Origin: a virus
IMG/VR virus record: IMGVR_UViG_3300025684_000016
Coordinates: 1-64,000 of that record
DNA length: 64,000 nt
Reading direction: 5' to 3' (one strand)
In this document: positions 36,954 to 48,400 of the stretch, one piece after another
Layout of the letters: every line of letters begins with the position of its first letter
Position numbering within the stretch: the first letter of the stretch is position 1
Program-made: the position numbers and the translations under genes
The notes under the pieces: generated by a model
Database searches by the model: none
Seen by the model: the letters and a program-made list of their open reading frames with translations, nothing else
Told to the model about the DNA's origin: nothing

Positions 36954-39254
36954 TTAGAAGTCTATTTTTACTGATATTACCTGTGTTCCTTTTCGTTTAA
37001 CAGGTGATGAAGTTTTTGCAGTAACTAACACGTCCTTATTTTGGTCCAATAGTACAACTTCTGTAACAAATTTCTCGGTTGGAAGACCTCTTTGTGTTGT
37101 TACATATGTTGGGTTTTGTGTATTAGTGAATTGAGTGTGTGGTAGGTTTACCAAGAACCTCATTTCTTCAATATCTGTCGATCTAACAAGTTTTATACTA
37201 CCAGGGAATGGTTGTTCGTCACCAAATTGTGGTTGTATTGTTGAACCCGTGTACCCCAAATAATCAGTATCAGTGGTAATATAACTTTCCAAATCAAATA
37301 AAGATCCATTTTCAATATCAGAACCCGTTATAACGAAAGAGAAGTCTCTTAAGTTGGTTGGGTTAATTAATGAATTGGCTACGTGGTTTGGGATTCTACT
37401 TGTAATATCAATTTCCGTCCATAAATTTGGATCAGGTAATAAATCGGTGTTGTTGGTAGTTTCTTGTATTAATACTTTCAATTTGTCAGCGATGAATCCT
37501 TTAGTTGCACCACTAAACGATGTTTGTAAGTGTTGAAATGATCCAACACCGTTTGGATGGTCTGTTGATCCTCCAAATTTTAATGCAATATTAGATGGGT
37601 ATACAACGTCACATGCACCATCAACTTCATTTATCTGTACTTTAGAAAAGTTGTTACATGGTAATCCATTTAATGATTTATCACTCGAGTATTCTAACAT
37701 ATAAGTAACCCAATATGTTTGTGATGTACTTCCTGAGAAACACGCATCACTTATAGGTGTGTCACTTGGTATGTGGTATGCTTTAGGTGTTGGTAATGTG
37801 TATCTTCGGTTTGATCTGTAGTCAAGTAATGCAACTAATTCTTGATCGTCAAATACTATAACTTTTTTATCTACAAAAACTTTACCTACTTTCTCCCCCG
37901 TCTCATCTATTAAGAATCTATATTTTATATAGTTAGTTCTGATATCACCAGGTGTTCCCGCAAATGTAGAATCTATATAATAATCCGTAGTGTCCATTTT
38001 AAATTCAGCACCTATCGTAGTACCTGTACTATTTTCATAGTAGATGAATGGTAAATAAACATTAAAGAAATTTACGTCTTCAACAACCTCATCATCAACT
38101 AAGACACCTTCAGTAGTTGAACTACCTATATAATCATCATATTTAAAAAATCTATCAGGATCTTGGAAAATATGTCCTAATTCAGTGTAGTGAATTATTG
38201 CAACACATTTTTGTTCTTCAGGTAAGACCTTTATTGGTTCATCAAAAGAATTAGAGTATGTTACCCCTGTGTTACTAACCTGTCCATCAGATATACCATA
38301 ACCGAGGTATTCCATTGTAGATATGTGTTTACTACTGGTATAACCAGATACATTCTCGTCAATACCGTCAACATCTGCCCCTATTGGTTTTTCTTGCCAC
38401 ACAACATTTAATGACCATGGATCGTGTTGTTCTCTTGGATCAACTTGATTTGATACACAGTATGGTGATACTTTAGGTTCTAATGGATGTTCTATATTAC
38501 ACTTGTTACATATAACCTGTGCAAACCCACCTAATGTTGTGAAATCAGGTACAATCCTATCTATTGTTATTGTTGTTTGACCTGTAATGACAGTGTCACA
38601 CGATGGTGTCGTTGTAGATCCCGTAACCACACTTATATTAAGTATTTTATAAATTAAACTTGTTGAGTTACCTGTTACGACTTGTTCTTCTGAAACGAAT
38701 TGGTTGTTATATACCACAGTAACGTATTCACACCCATTAAATCTTGAAAGATTATTTGTGTCAATATCAGTAACCGCACCATTATTACAATCTAAGTACG
38801 CTAACGTCTCAGTAAATTGTATTGTAGTTCCTGTAATAAAACTTGTGGACGTACCACTTAATGGTATTCGAACACTCGTACATTCCACAGTAGTTCCTGA
38901 ACATTCACTACTATCATAAGGTTTATATTCTGTAATAAAACCAGCAGGTCCCATTCCGTTTTTAATGGTTTCTGTTATAGAATCCATCACAGGTACACCA
39001 TATGTTGTTGTACCATTAGTATCTAATAAGTAAGGATACTTAACTTGTGAGTCTTTATCAAAAGGTGCCAATACATTTTGTTGTGGATTATCCCCTATAC
39101 CATCTAACGAATCAAATGGTGTTGTATAGTCAAATTCAGAATCTCCTACTTGGAAGAATTTTATTTGAAAATCTCCTTGTGCAATTGATTTCCTACCCTT
39201 TTGGGTTAATCTCGCTGAGAGGAATTCCGCATTGTTTTGACTTAAAAAACTCAT
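36954..39254 (-). CDS. Baseplate/tail-fibre attachment-like structural protein
   Basis: N-terminal ARLTQKGRK..FFQVGD and C-terminal FVTEVVLLDQNKDVLVTAK..VKIDF resemble tail-collar/fibre-anchor motifs; TATTTAT upstream. Confidence 0.55.
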   Translation of the reverse strand: MSFLSQNNAEFLSARLTQKGRKSIAQGDFQIKFFQVGDSEFDYTTPFDSLDGIGDNPQQNVLAPFDKDSQVKYPYLLDTNGTTTYGVPVMDSITETIKNGMGPAGFITEYKPYDSSECSGTTVECTSVRIPLSGTSTSFITGTTIQFTETLAYLDCNNGAVTDIDTNNLSRFNGCEYVTVVYNNQFVSEEQVVTGNSTSLIYKILNISVVTGSTTTPSCDTVITGQTTITIDRIVPDFTTLGGFAQVICNKCNIEHPLEPKVSPYCVSNQVDPREQHDPWSLNVVWQEKPIGADVDGIDENVSGYTSSKHISTMEYLGYGISDGQVSNTGVTYSNSFDEPIKVLPEEQKCVAIIHYTELGHIFQDPDRFFKYDDYIGSSTTEGVLVDDEVVEDVNFFNVYLPFIYYENSTGTTIGAEFKMDTTDYYIDSTFAGTPGDIRTNYIKYRFLIDETGEKVGKVFVDKKVIVFDDQELVALLDYRSNRRYTLPTPKAYHIPSDTPISDACFSGSTSQTYWVTYMLEYSSDKSLNGLPCNNFSKVQINEVDGACDVVYPSNIALKFGGSTDHPNGVGSFQHLQTSFSGATKGFIADKLKVLIQETTNNTDLLPDPNLWTEIDITSRIPNHVANSLINPTNLRDFSFVITGSDIENGSLFDLESYITTDTDYLGYTGSTIQPQFGDEQPFPGSIKLVRSTDIEEMRFLVNLPHTQFTNTQNPTYVTTQRGLPTEKFVTEVVLLDQNKDVLVTAKTSSPVKRKGTQVISVKIDF

Positions 39255-39326
39255 AGTTATAATATATACATTTTAATCTTATTTATAAATATCTAATTAT
39301 ATTATTTCTAATTAAATCCCACATTT

Positions 39327-40811
39327 TTAAGCTACATATGTCGTTATCTCATTTTGTTCTGCTCTAACAAATGACTCATTAAGTGACCATGCGAATGTAT
39401 AAGATACATTTTCACCATCAGTAGAATAATAAGATGGGTGTATTCCAACCGCAACAGTACGAGTACCGATAGGAGGTATTTCTATAACCCATTGGGATCC
39501 ACCATAAGCTGGATTACCACTTGATATTGTGCTTTGATAGTTAGCATTTTGAGTTCCTCCCTGAATCCCCACATATATTTGGTCCCCATCTTGAGTCACA
39601 TTTGAGTACACAATTTTCGCCATAGCGTCAAAAGACTGATTACTTCCACTATATGTTTTAGCCATCATCCTAACGTAAATTGTTTCATCTGAACCATTGT
39701 AAATACTATGAACCTTCCCACTCCCTTGTGGAATGTTGTATTCCCCAATAGGTCCTTGACCATCGTAAACGGGGAATGAGGAACCCTCTGAACCCGAAAC
39801 AAAACCTTTAATTATAATATTTTGGTTGGTTGGAGGATTTGCTTCAGGAGTTGGTTGTGGTGTCGCTTCAGGGGTTGGTTGTGGGGTTGCGTTTGGTGTT
39901 GCCACTGGTGTCGCATCAGGAGTTGGTTGTGGCGTTGCGTTTGATGTTGGTATTGGTGTTGCGTTTGGTGTCGCATCAGGAGTCGCGTTTGGTGTTGTGT
40001 TTGGAGTTGGTTGTGGGGTTGGTTGTGGAGGACATGGGTCAAAATCCTCAATAAAGTTACCATTAGGACAACCATTATATAGTTCTTCTTCAGTGGATAA
40101 TCCCATATCTTTTATTATTCTAACCCAACTAACATCAGTATGACATGAAGAACCCACACAATTTTGATTAGCTCCAGACCATATACATGCACAATCAAAC
40201 GAAAAGTCAATAAATCCATTTGGGGAGTTAGCTGCAATACTCTGAGCTTGTTGTGATGTTATTGATAACGCGTTATACCTATCACCTGAGCTAGCACCAG
40301 GATAATTAGGGTAAGTAGGTGGTCGATTTACATCGTCATATATTCCACCCGCATTATTCATATTAACCTGACCAATATTTACATTATTCGCCATAATGTC
40401 GAACTTCGCCCTATTACATCCATGACCACCACTACAAGGTGATCCATTTAAACCACTATTATTATATTCAACAACAAACGTTAAGGAATTAATACAACTT
40501 TCTAAAACAGTTTGAGTGGTTTGGGGTGTTGGTGCAGGATTAAAAAATTCAACGAAATCCGCACATATTTCACAATCAACACTCGGTGATTTTATTAGTA
40601 AAACTTGATCTAAACAACCCGTACTAACTAATTTTAAACCAAACTCTATTATACTATCATCCACAGTAAAGGTAACAGGACTTGTTGTAACTCCCGCATA
40701 AACTAAGTTTGTGGCATTACCTGTGGTTGTTCCACTATATATATCAACAGGGAAATCAGTCAACGAATGACTATTATCTAAATTTATATTTACCCTTATT
40801 AATTTACTCAT
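39327..40811 (-). CDS. Modular virion accessory protein with PT linker and Cys-rich domain
   Basis: Small N-domain, Cys-rich middle, (A)TP(N/D/Q)ATP repeats, C-terminal domain. Confidence 0.7.
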   Translation of the reverse strand: MSKLIRVNINLDNSHSLTDFPVDIYSGTTTGNATNLVYAGVTTSPVTFTVDDSIIEFGLKLVSTGCLDQVLLIKSPSVDCEICADFVEFFNPAPTPQTTQTVLESCINSLTFVVEYNNSGLNGSPCSGGHGCNRAKFDIMANNVNIGQVNMNNAGGIYDDVNRPPTYPNYPGASSGDRYNALSITSQQAQSIAANSPNGFIDFSFDCACIWSGANQNCVGSSCHTDVSWVRIIKDMGLSTEEELYNGCPNGNFIEDFDPCPPQPTPQPTPNTTPNATPDATPNATPIPTSNATPQPTPDATPVATPNATPQPTPEATPQPTPEANPPTNQNIIIKGFVSGSEGSSFPVYDGQGPIGEYNIPQGSGKVHSIYNGSDETIYVRMMAKTYSGSNQSFDAMAKIVYSNVTQDGDQIYVGIQGGTQNANYQSTISSGNPAYGGSQWVIEIPPIGTRTVAVGIHPSYYSTDGENVSYTFAWSLNESFVRAEQNEITTYVA

Positions 40812-40836
40812 ATTTTTTTATTTTATTTCTAATTAA

Positions 40837-42648
40837 TTAGACAGGTTCTAAACCTTCATCACGACCACCGCCACATTTATTTGTGGTTCCATAATTACCA
40901 TTTTTTTGGAAAAGTAATTTTTCACTACCTTCTGTTGATTCATCTGCGACCATATATGTACCATCAGACGAATATCTAAAGACTGTTGGTGTTCCAGACC
41001 ATATAGAATTAGGGTGTATTGTGTATGCACCACCACCACCATTTATAATCTCATTATCTGATAGTGCAAATGTTGATTTAACTATATTTTTCCCATCTGC
41101 ATTGGTGGTGAACCATGATGTGTTATAAGTTACATAAACTCTATTTTCTAAAATACCATCATTACCTTCATCACAATTCGCGTTGTTTGGTGCTGAAGTT
41201 GTGTTAGATAATAAAATGGCAGATATCTCTGTCGTCTCTGTTGTAGGACTTGGAGTTGGTTGTGGGGTTGGACTTGGTTCTTGTTCATATGTACAATTAC
41301 GATTTTCAGTACATGACCCTCCACTTGGTGGTCTTTCTACACCGGATGGGTCTATCACTGCCGCACCTCCACCAGACTGACCGAAATCAAACCATAGTGG
41401 TGTTGTTTGAGAACATACACCATATACCGATCCACTCACCCCTTGATATACTGCAAGAGTAGCCAAAAGATTTGAGAACGGTGTAAGTATTGCTGTTTCA
41501 CCACCTTGGAAGTAATCTAATCCCTGATTAGTTGTGTCGACGTTATTAGGAACAAATACAAAGTTACAGGTTAATGCACTAACCTCTGTTGTGGGACTTG
41601 GAGTTGGTGATGGGCTCGGAGAAGGAGATGGGCTTGGTGTCGGATTAGGTGATGGACAAATACCTCCAACACAATCTGAACCTATACTATAACTTAATTT
41701 AGCGTCCGACACCGTTATATTTTGACCACTACCACACACACTAAATGTTTCTTGAGTATAAGTCGTTCCTGTTTGAGGGACTCCCGAACAATCATCGTAA
41801 CCGTAATATCTTGCTCCGCTTGAGTTATGAGAGAACTCTATACAAACACAAGGTCCTTCAGTTGGTGTTGGTGTAGGAGTTGCAATGTTAATATCAACAT
41901 CAAAGTCACAATTTTCTGTAACTGTTGGTGTAGGTGATGGAGATGGTGTTGGACTACTTGAAGGTGTTGGACTTGGTGTTGGACTTGGTGTTGGAGTATT
42001 ATCACAAACACCATCAGTACATGTTCCGTAAACGCCGTAAGTTACTTTTTCAGCAACTGATATTATACTTTGTGCACATACGTGAAATGTTATTTCCTCC
42101 ATTGGTGGAGTGTCAGACGTTGCATTTACTGTCACACCACTACAATCAACATATGAGTAACTGAAATAACCCTGACGATTACTATTAATTTCGAAACATT
42201 GACACGCCACCTCATCCGTAGGTGTTGGAGTAGGGCTTGGTGATGGGGTTGGACTTGGTGATGGACTATATTCCACAAAATTAACCGTGAAATTACAATC
42301 AGTCGTTGGTGTTGCGGTTGGTGTTGATGTTGGGCTTGGTGTGGCAACAGGACTAAATGGTGGACAGTTTTCACAATCAATATTAATTAACTTAACTTGA
42401 AAACCACCTTGTCTTTTAGGTAATTCAGATGGTGGTGGTGTAACGTAAAAATCACAGTGTACCAAAAAGATATATAAAGGACCTTCATATGTACCAACAT
42501 CAAATGTGTGTGGTAAACTATGTGATCCAATTGATTGTGCACTTACAGGTATTATATATGGATCACCGTTGTAGGTTGTACCCGTATATATTGTGAATTC
42601 ATCACATACACCATTTTCATATAGATTATTTACCGTTATAAGACTCAT
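40837..42648 (-). CDS. Modular virion accessory protein with PS/PT linkers, CxCxE domains and an NCDFDVD motif
   Basis: Several PS/PT tracts separating small Cys-rich domains; one exact [15 protein letters not shown]. Confidence 0.75.
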   Translation of the reverse strand: MSLITVNNLYENGVCDEFTIYTGTTYNGDPYIIPVSAQSIGSHSLPHTFDVGTYEGPLYIFLVHCDFYVTPPPSELPKRQGGFQVKLINIDCENCPPFSPVATPSPTSTPTATPTTDCNFTVNFVEYSPSPSPTPSPSPTPTPTDEVACQCFEINSNRQGYFSYSYVDCSGVTVNATSDTPPMEEITFHVCAQSIISVAEKVTYGVYGTCTDGVCDNTPTPSPTPSPTPSSSPTPSPSPTPTVTENCDFDVDINIATPTPTPTEGPCVCIEFSHNSSGARYYGYDDCSGVPQTGTTYTQETFSVCGSGQNITVSDAKLSYSIGSDCVGGICPSPNPTPSPSPSPSPSPTPSPTTEVSALTCNFVFVPNNVDTTNQGLDYFQGGETAILTPFSNLLATLAVYQGVSGSVYGVCSQTTPLWFDFGQSGGGAAVIDPSGVERPPSGGSCTENRNCTYEQEPSPTPQPTPSPTTETTEISAILLSNTTSAPNNANCDEGNDGILENRVYVTYNTSWFTTNADGKNIVKSTFALSDNEIINGGGGAYTIHPNSIWSGTPTVFRYSSDGTYMVADESTEGSEKLLFQKNGNYGTTNKCGGGRDEGLEPV

Positions 42649-42711
42649 TTAATAATTTCTGTATTTCTATAAATACTTTGGAATCAAATTAACACAAAGA
42701 GAATAGTATAT

Positions 42712-42739
42712 AAAAAAACCCCCACCATGGAGGGTTTTT
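42712..42739 (-). terminator. Intrinsic terminator after 42766..43563
   Basis: Minus strand AAAAACCCTCCA-TGG-TGGGGGTTTTTTT. Confidence 0.75.
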
Positions 42740-42765
42740 CAGATATTATAATACTTGTCTTTTTA

Positions 42766-43563
42766 TTACTCACCACAATGTAAAAAGTCATCACAACCAG
42801 GAACGATAGGTATACGTGATATGTATCCATTTTCACTTCCAGGAGGTGCAGTAAATGTGGTTGATATTACAGTTGCACAATACGTCGCACCACCACATCC
42901 ACTATTACTGGTCCCCCTAAACTGTACAACATCACCTATAGAATATCCCGGATCGGACACGACAGTAAGGTTACCATTCTCACAATACACAATCTTAGGT
43001 ACATGATAGTCCTGTGAGTCGTTACATCTCTCAAGTCTATAGTAAGTCTCAAGTTCGGTTGTTGGACTTGGTGTCGCACTTGGTATTGGTGTAGGTGTGT
43101 AAGTTGGCATTTGAGTTACATTTGGTGTTGCACTTGGATTAGGTGTTGCATTAGGTGTTGCATTTGGTGTTGCACTTGGATTAGGTGTTGGTTGTGGTGT
43201 TGCACCATTTGTTGGTAGTGGTGTTGCATCAGGTGTTGGTTGAGGTGTTGCATCAGGAGTTGGTTGAGGTGTTGCACCATTTGTTGGTTGAGGTGTTGCA
43301 CTTAATGTTAAGGGATATTCCACAATATTTGTTGGACAATCTTTTATCATAGTTGCATTATTATTATAAAAAATAACACTTGTTGCACTATCAGGTACCG
43401 TTATTAGTACACCTCCCTGAACTTGAGCTAATGTTAAATTAGTTGCCTGATTACTTGTTCCATAGAGGAGTGCTTGGTTACCATTCGTTGATGACGTATG
43501 GTATATTGTATACGGACCATTGTTGGTTCCTGAAGTTAACGTTACTGTGAAATGTCTTGCCAT
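42766..43563 (-). CDS. Modular virion accessory protein (N-domain, ATPQP/ATPN linker, Cys-rich tip)
   Basis: N-terminus similar to that of 45461..51598; has its own TATTTAT and terminator. Confidence 0.75.
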   Translation of the reverse strand: MARHFTVTLTSGTNNGPYTIYHTSSTNGNQALLYGTSNQATNLTLAQVQGGVLITVPDSATSVIFYNNNATMIKDCPTNIVEYPLTLSATPQPTNGATPQPTPDATPQPTPDATPLPTNGATPQPTPNPSATPNATPNATPNPSATPNVTQMPTYTPTPIPSATPSPTTELETYYRLERCNDSQDYHVPKIVYCENGNLTVVSDPGYSIGDVVQFRGTSNSGCGGATYCATVISTTFTAPPGSENGYISRIPIVPGCDDFLHCGE

Positions 43564-43617
43564 TTTATTACTTTTATATATAAATACTTTATTCTTTCTT
43601 ATTATCTATTACCTTAA

Positions 43618-44754
43618 TTAACAACTTGGTATACTATAACCTAAATTATTAATCGCCGTAATTATAAGTCCCATATAATATTGTGGACTACTCCCTGGTG
43701 TAACACCATAGGTATTATGCACTACAGATTTATCAGATAACCCATACACACCACTATAGTTACCTAAACCACCCTCAACCGCTTCCAATAGATTTTTAAA
43801 GTATAGATACTGACCTGTGGGTTGAGTTTGAACTTGAAAAATCTCACCAATAAGGTAATTGGTTGGATTATTATCAATGTTATTTCTTAAAGATGTTATG
43901 TCAGTATTAAAAGTACTGGTTCTGTTAGTGGTGTTGTTCCATCCAGAAGTAGAACCACCATGATATATTGAAGCCCCTTCGTCTTGGAATGATAAGTTTA
44001 TGACTTTAGTAATTGATGATGTAGTACCAGTCGTTGCTAAACAAGCGTAACTTCTTTCCCCGAAATTCAATGATGACATATTTAAAACTCTTACCCTACT
44101 ATCATATAATGCCGAATCATTGTTGTAAAACGGTAATAAACAGTTTTTAAGAATGGTAGATGCCATAGTATTTAATGGGGCTTCAGTGGTACCCATAGAA
44201 CCTGAATCATCAAAGAATATATTAATTTCAGTCTTGTCGTCTATGACCTCACCTGTTGGTGATGGGGTTGGACTTGGTGTTGCGTTTGGTGTTGCGTTTG
44301 GTGTTGCGTTTGGTGTTGATGCCAACGTTGGTTGTGGGGTTGGGGTTGGACATATTAATTGAAGATCTACCCCAAATTCAATCCTATCGTAACAATCAAA
44401 TGCCTTACTATCATGAATGTATATGTTATGAATAACATATCTACTCCTTAAATCATTCTCGTGAACATCAATATCATTTACGTTATCCTCCAACTTTATC
44501 CAATACTCAGTATCAAATTCTAATTCAGATACGACATTTTCACATGTAGTTCCCGATCCTGGTGGTGGAACAGTTGGGTCATCGTTAGTCATACATATCG
44601 GATTTGACATATAGTCTCTAACATTAGATGATGGCCACGCACCATTAACCTCAGGACCTTCAATTTTCTTGAAGTACCCGTAGGGTGATGTTCCAATACT
44701 TAAGTTAAACTTGTTTGGAGAAACAATATCATATAAACGTACAACTAATCCCAT
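43618..44754 (-). CDS. Modular virion accessory protein with vWA-like (DxSxS) C-terminal domain
   Basis: EINIFFDDSGSM; C-terminal ~205 aa paralogous to the C-terminus of 51644..59620. Confidence 0.75.
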   Translation of the reverse strand: MGLVVRLYDIVSPNKFNLSIGTSPYGYFKKIEGPEVNGAWPSSNVRDYMSNPICMTNDDPTVPPPGSGTTCENVVSELEFDTEYWIKLEDNVNDIDVHENDLRSRYVIHNIYIHDSKAFDCYDRIEFGVDLQLICPTPTPQPTLASTPNATPNATPNATPSPTPSPTGEVIDDKTEINIFFDDSGSMGTTEAPLNTMASTILKNCLLPFYNNDSALYDSRVRVLNMSSLNFGERSYACLATTGTTSSITKVINLSFQDEGASIYHGGSTSGWNNTTNRTSTFNTDITSLRNNIDNNPTNYLIGEIFQVQTQPTGQYLYFKNLLEAVEGGLGNYSGVYGLSDKSVVHNTYGVTPGSSPQYYMGLIITAINNLGYSIPSC

Positions 44755-44793
44755 ATGTTATATAAATACCCAATAATATAGATTACTTTAAAT

Positions 44794-44819
44794 AAAAAAA
44801 ACCCATCGAAATGGGTTTT
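44794..44819 (-). terminator. Intrinsic terminator (UUCG loop) after 44848..45381
   Basis: Minus strand AAAACCCAT-TTCG-ATGGGTTTTTTTT. Confidence 0.85.
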
Positions 44820-44847
44820 AATTAAATATTTAATTTTAATGATTTAG

Positions 44848-45381
44848 TTATATTTCATTACAATTGTCCCCTTGACTAATAGGTACATGTGTTACCGCCT
44901 TCGGTGTAGTACCATCAAATATCCATACATTCGAATTCTGGAAAGTACCTTGTCCATCTACTCTGATTGTATCTGTTCCACTTGGTAAAAACCCTCCACC
45001 ACTTATAGTATTCCATGCGGCTTCACTAATTATAACATTTGCCGGTGCTTCACCATCATTTCCACACTTATTGAATCTGAGATTTGAAACAGGGTCGTCT
45101 CCACCACCTTCAGTTGGTGTTGGAGTTGGTGCCGGTGTATTATTTAAACCTGTCCAACTCACTGAGTTATCACAATCACCTGTAGAAGTTACTGTACCAC
45201 CCGTTATCGTATCGGCCACTTGATATGTAACACCAGCCGTTAACTGTGCTTTAGTCACTGAAGTAGCAATTGTTGTATCCGAAGGACTCCCTCCCGAATG
45301 TTTCCCGATAATTGTGAAATTATCCGCTTGTGTTGTACCTGTGTACAATGCGTTTAATGTAAATGTTACTGAATATGCCAT
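44848..45381 (-). CDS. Small modular virion accessory protein
   Basis: N-domain ..ATSVTKAQLTAGV..VAD..STGDC, short TPAPTPTP linker, C-domain; own TATTTAT and terminator. Confidence 0.7.
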   Translation of the reverse strand: MAYSVTFTLNALYTGTTQADNFTIIGKHSGGSPSDTTIATSVTKAQLTAGVTYQVADTITGGTVTSTGDCDNSVSWTGLNNTPAPTPTPTEGGGDDPVSNLRFNKCGNDGEAPANVIISEAAWNTISGGGFLPSGTDTIRVDGQGTFQNSNVWIFDGTTPKAVTHVPISQGDNCNEI

Positions 45382-45460
45382 GTTTTCTTTTTTTTATCTG
45401 TTTATTATAAATATCGTGTTTTTTTAAAATATCACGATACTCGTATTTATTTTTGTATTA

Positions 45461-48400
45461 CTATATTACACCACAATCAAAATTATTATCACATGGCGAA
45501 CCGTTAGATGAAATATCTGCAAACTCTGAAATGAATGAATCACCACTTGGACCATATTTAAACATATTACTTAGTGTTGGTTTACTACAGAAATAAAAAG
45601 TATTCACACCTCCATTCTCCATGGATAGTTGTGAATTTAAGTTTACTGAGGTTTCACCTGCCTCACAATCGTTGTTTATATAGTATAAGTCTTGGTTAGA
45701 AGCGTTGGTTAAATAACTACTCGGAACCGAAACTTCAATACAATTACATTTACTTACTCCCTCATCACCAAACGTACTTTGTATTGGTGAAGTTCCCACA
45801 GGACATCCATTTGCGTCTGTAACAACAACATAGTAATATCCTTCCACCAAGTTACTAAATGTTTGTGATGGGTTACCCGATGTTACACCTGTAATGGTTG
45901 CAACTAATGTTCCACCACCTACCGTGTATGGTGATGTTGTGTCATTGTAAAGTCTGTAAGTTTTATTCCATGTTCCACCTGACGATGTAACTACTATGTT
46001 ACCATTAGGTCCCACAGTAAATGATGAAATAGTTGCAGTACCCGCAGTTGGTTGTGTCACATTTATTATATATGCTTTTTCACATCCATCACCATCTTTA
46101 ATTGTAATTACATGGTTACCACTACTTAATGAGGAGTATGTTTTAGGGAATGTTGTACTATAAGTTCCTGAACCTATTTTAGAATTATATGTTCCTCCGT
46201 TTCCACCCGTTGGACTTGAGACTGTTATTTCACCATCACTACCTCCATTACAACTCACACTACTCATTACAAATGTTGCACTTGGGTCTGTCTTATTAAG
46301 TTGTGCACTTCCTGTTCGAACACAATCAGAAGTGTCTTTAACCCTTATTAAATATATTGCTTCACTTAAAGTGGAAAAAGTATTACTCGCTTGGTAACTA
46401 AATCCATTATTTAAAGAATATGTGTATGATCCACTACCACCACTTGCGTTAATTACTATTTTACCATCATTATCTCCACTACATGAAGGGTGTGTTAATG
46501 TGGTAGTAAAACTAACCTGTGTTGGTACCGTTATTGTTCTTGTATATGTGCTTGTACATCCACTACCATCTTTAATGTATATGGTATATGAACCAGCAAC
46601 TAAACTACTATATGTTTTAGGGAATGTAGTCGTATATGACCCACTACCCAATTTTACACTATATGTTCCACCATTTCCACCTGATGGACTACTAACAGAT
46701 ATTGATCCCGTACCACCATAACATGTAGGGTTTGAATGAGAAACTATTGCAGATACCGCCGATTTAGATAATGTTCTACTAAGACTTTTAGTACATCCAT
46801 TTTCATCTGTTGCAATTAAAGTGTATGTACCTTCCTCTAAATTTGTTTGGGAAAGATCCGTAATTGCCACACCATTTTGTGTGTATGTTTTTGTTCCTGT
46901 TCCACCACCAACAGTCCATGTAATTGATCCATCACTACCTCCAATACATGTGGGGTTGGAGAATGTACTACTAATGGTAATGGCAGTGGGTTCTGTTATT
47001 GTTTTTGAATATGATCGAACACACCCCTCACCATCTCTTACTTGTATTGTATAAGAAGTGGCACCTAAACTACTATATGTTTTAGGGAATGTCGTTGTCC
47101 ATGACCCAGTATCTAATCTAACACTATATGTTCCACCATTTCCACCTGATGGACTACTAACCACAAAAGATCCTGTAACTTGTTTATTACACAATGGATT
47201 GGTAGTTACTATAGTTGCCTGTGGGAGTGATTTAGATAACGAATAACTTTGAGTGTCTATACATTGATTGGCGTCTTTAACGTATGCAGTTCCACCACCA
47301 ATAGTTAAACCTGTAAACGTACCTGATGTGTAATAATTTACACCATTTATTGAATATAACTTACTTCCTGAACCACCTGTTGAACTAATAACAATCTGTC
47401 CGTCAGTAGACGATGTACATGTTGGATCTGTTACCACTACAGAAGCAACTAAGTTTGTAGGTTGGGTAACTGTTACAGTATATGATCTACTACATAGTTC
47501 TGAATCCCTGACTTGTATTGTATAATTACCCGCAGTTTTAGTACCGAATGTGACAGGTGTACTGAAATTAGTCCAATTACCACTTGAAAATTTAAATTGG
47601 TACTGTCCCCCATTACCACCTGTTATAGATGCCAATGTTATATCACCATCATTTCCACCGTAACAACTAACATCATTATTATATATTGATGCGGAAACAA
47701 TTGATTTGGTTAAAGTTCTTGTTGATGACGAAGTACAGTTACCACCATCTTTAACTTTTATTGAATACGTTCCAGTACCTAAACTATTAAAGACATTACT
47801 ACTCTGATAGTTTGTACCACCATCTTTAGAATATACTTTAGTACCTGAACCACCAGACGCTGACACTGTTATTGAACCGTCGGTATCGTCACTACATGTT
47901 GGATTAACAAATGTTGTTGTATGAGTTAGTGTTGTTGGTTCTGATATGGTTTGTGTGTATGTTTTTACACATCCTTCACCATCTTTAATGTATATGGTAT
48001 ATGTACCAGGTACTAATGATGTATATTCTTCAATAGTGTTATTTGGTAGGTCTATATAGGTACCTAATTTATTAATTTTTACCTGATATATTCCACCGTT
48101 TCCACCCGATGGATTTGCCACCGATATAGTACCATCACCAGCCCCATTACATGTGACATTTGTAAATGACCACGTTAATATAGGTGCTGATTTTGATAAT
48201 GTTAAACTACTTGATCCTGTTGTTGTACATAAATTACTATCTCTAACGTCTAATGTGTAATTTCCAGTTGTTAAACCTGTGAAGGTTCCCGAAGGACCCC
48301 ACTGAAAACCATCTTTAGTGTATTCATACGTACCACTACCTCCCGTTGCCGTTATAACTATCTCACCATCCGAACCGTCCCAACATGTTGGGTCAGTATG

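Noticed and set aside
45412-45439. Inverted repeat TATCGTG..CACGATA next to a TATTTAT motif
   Set aside because: Only a 7-bp stem with a long AT loop and weak U-tract; cannot tell a terminator from chance
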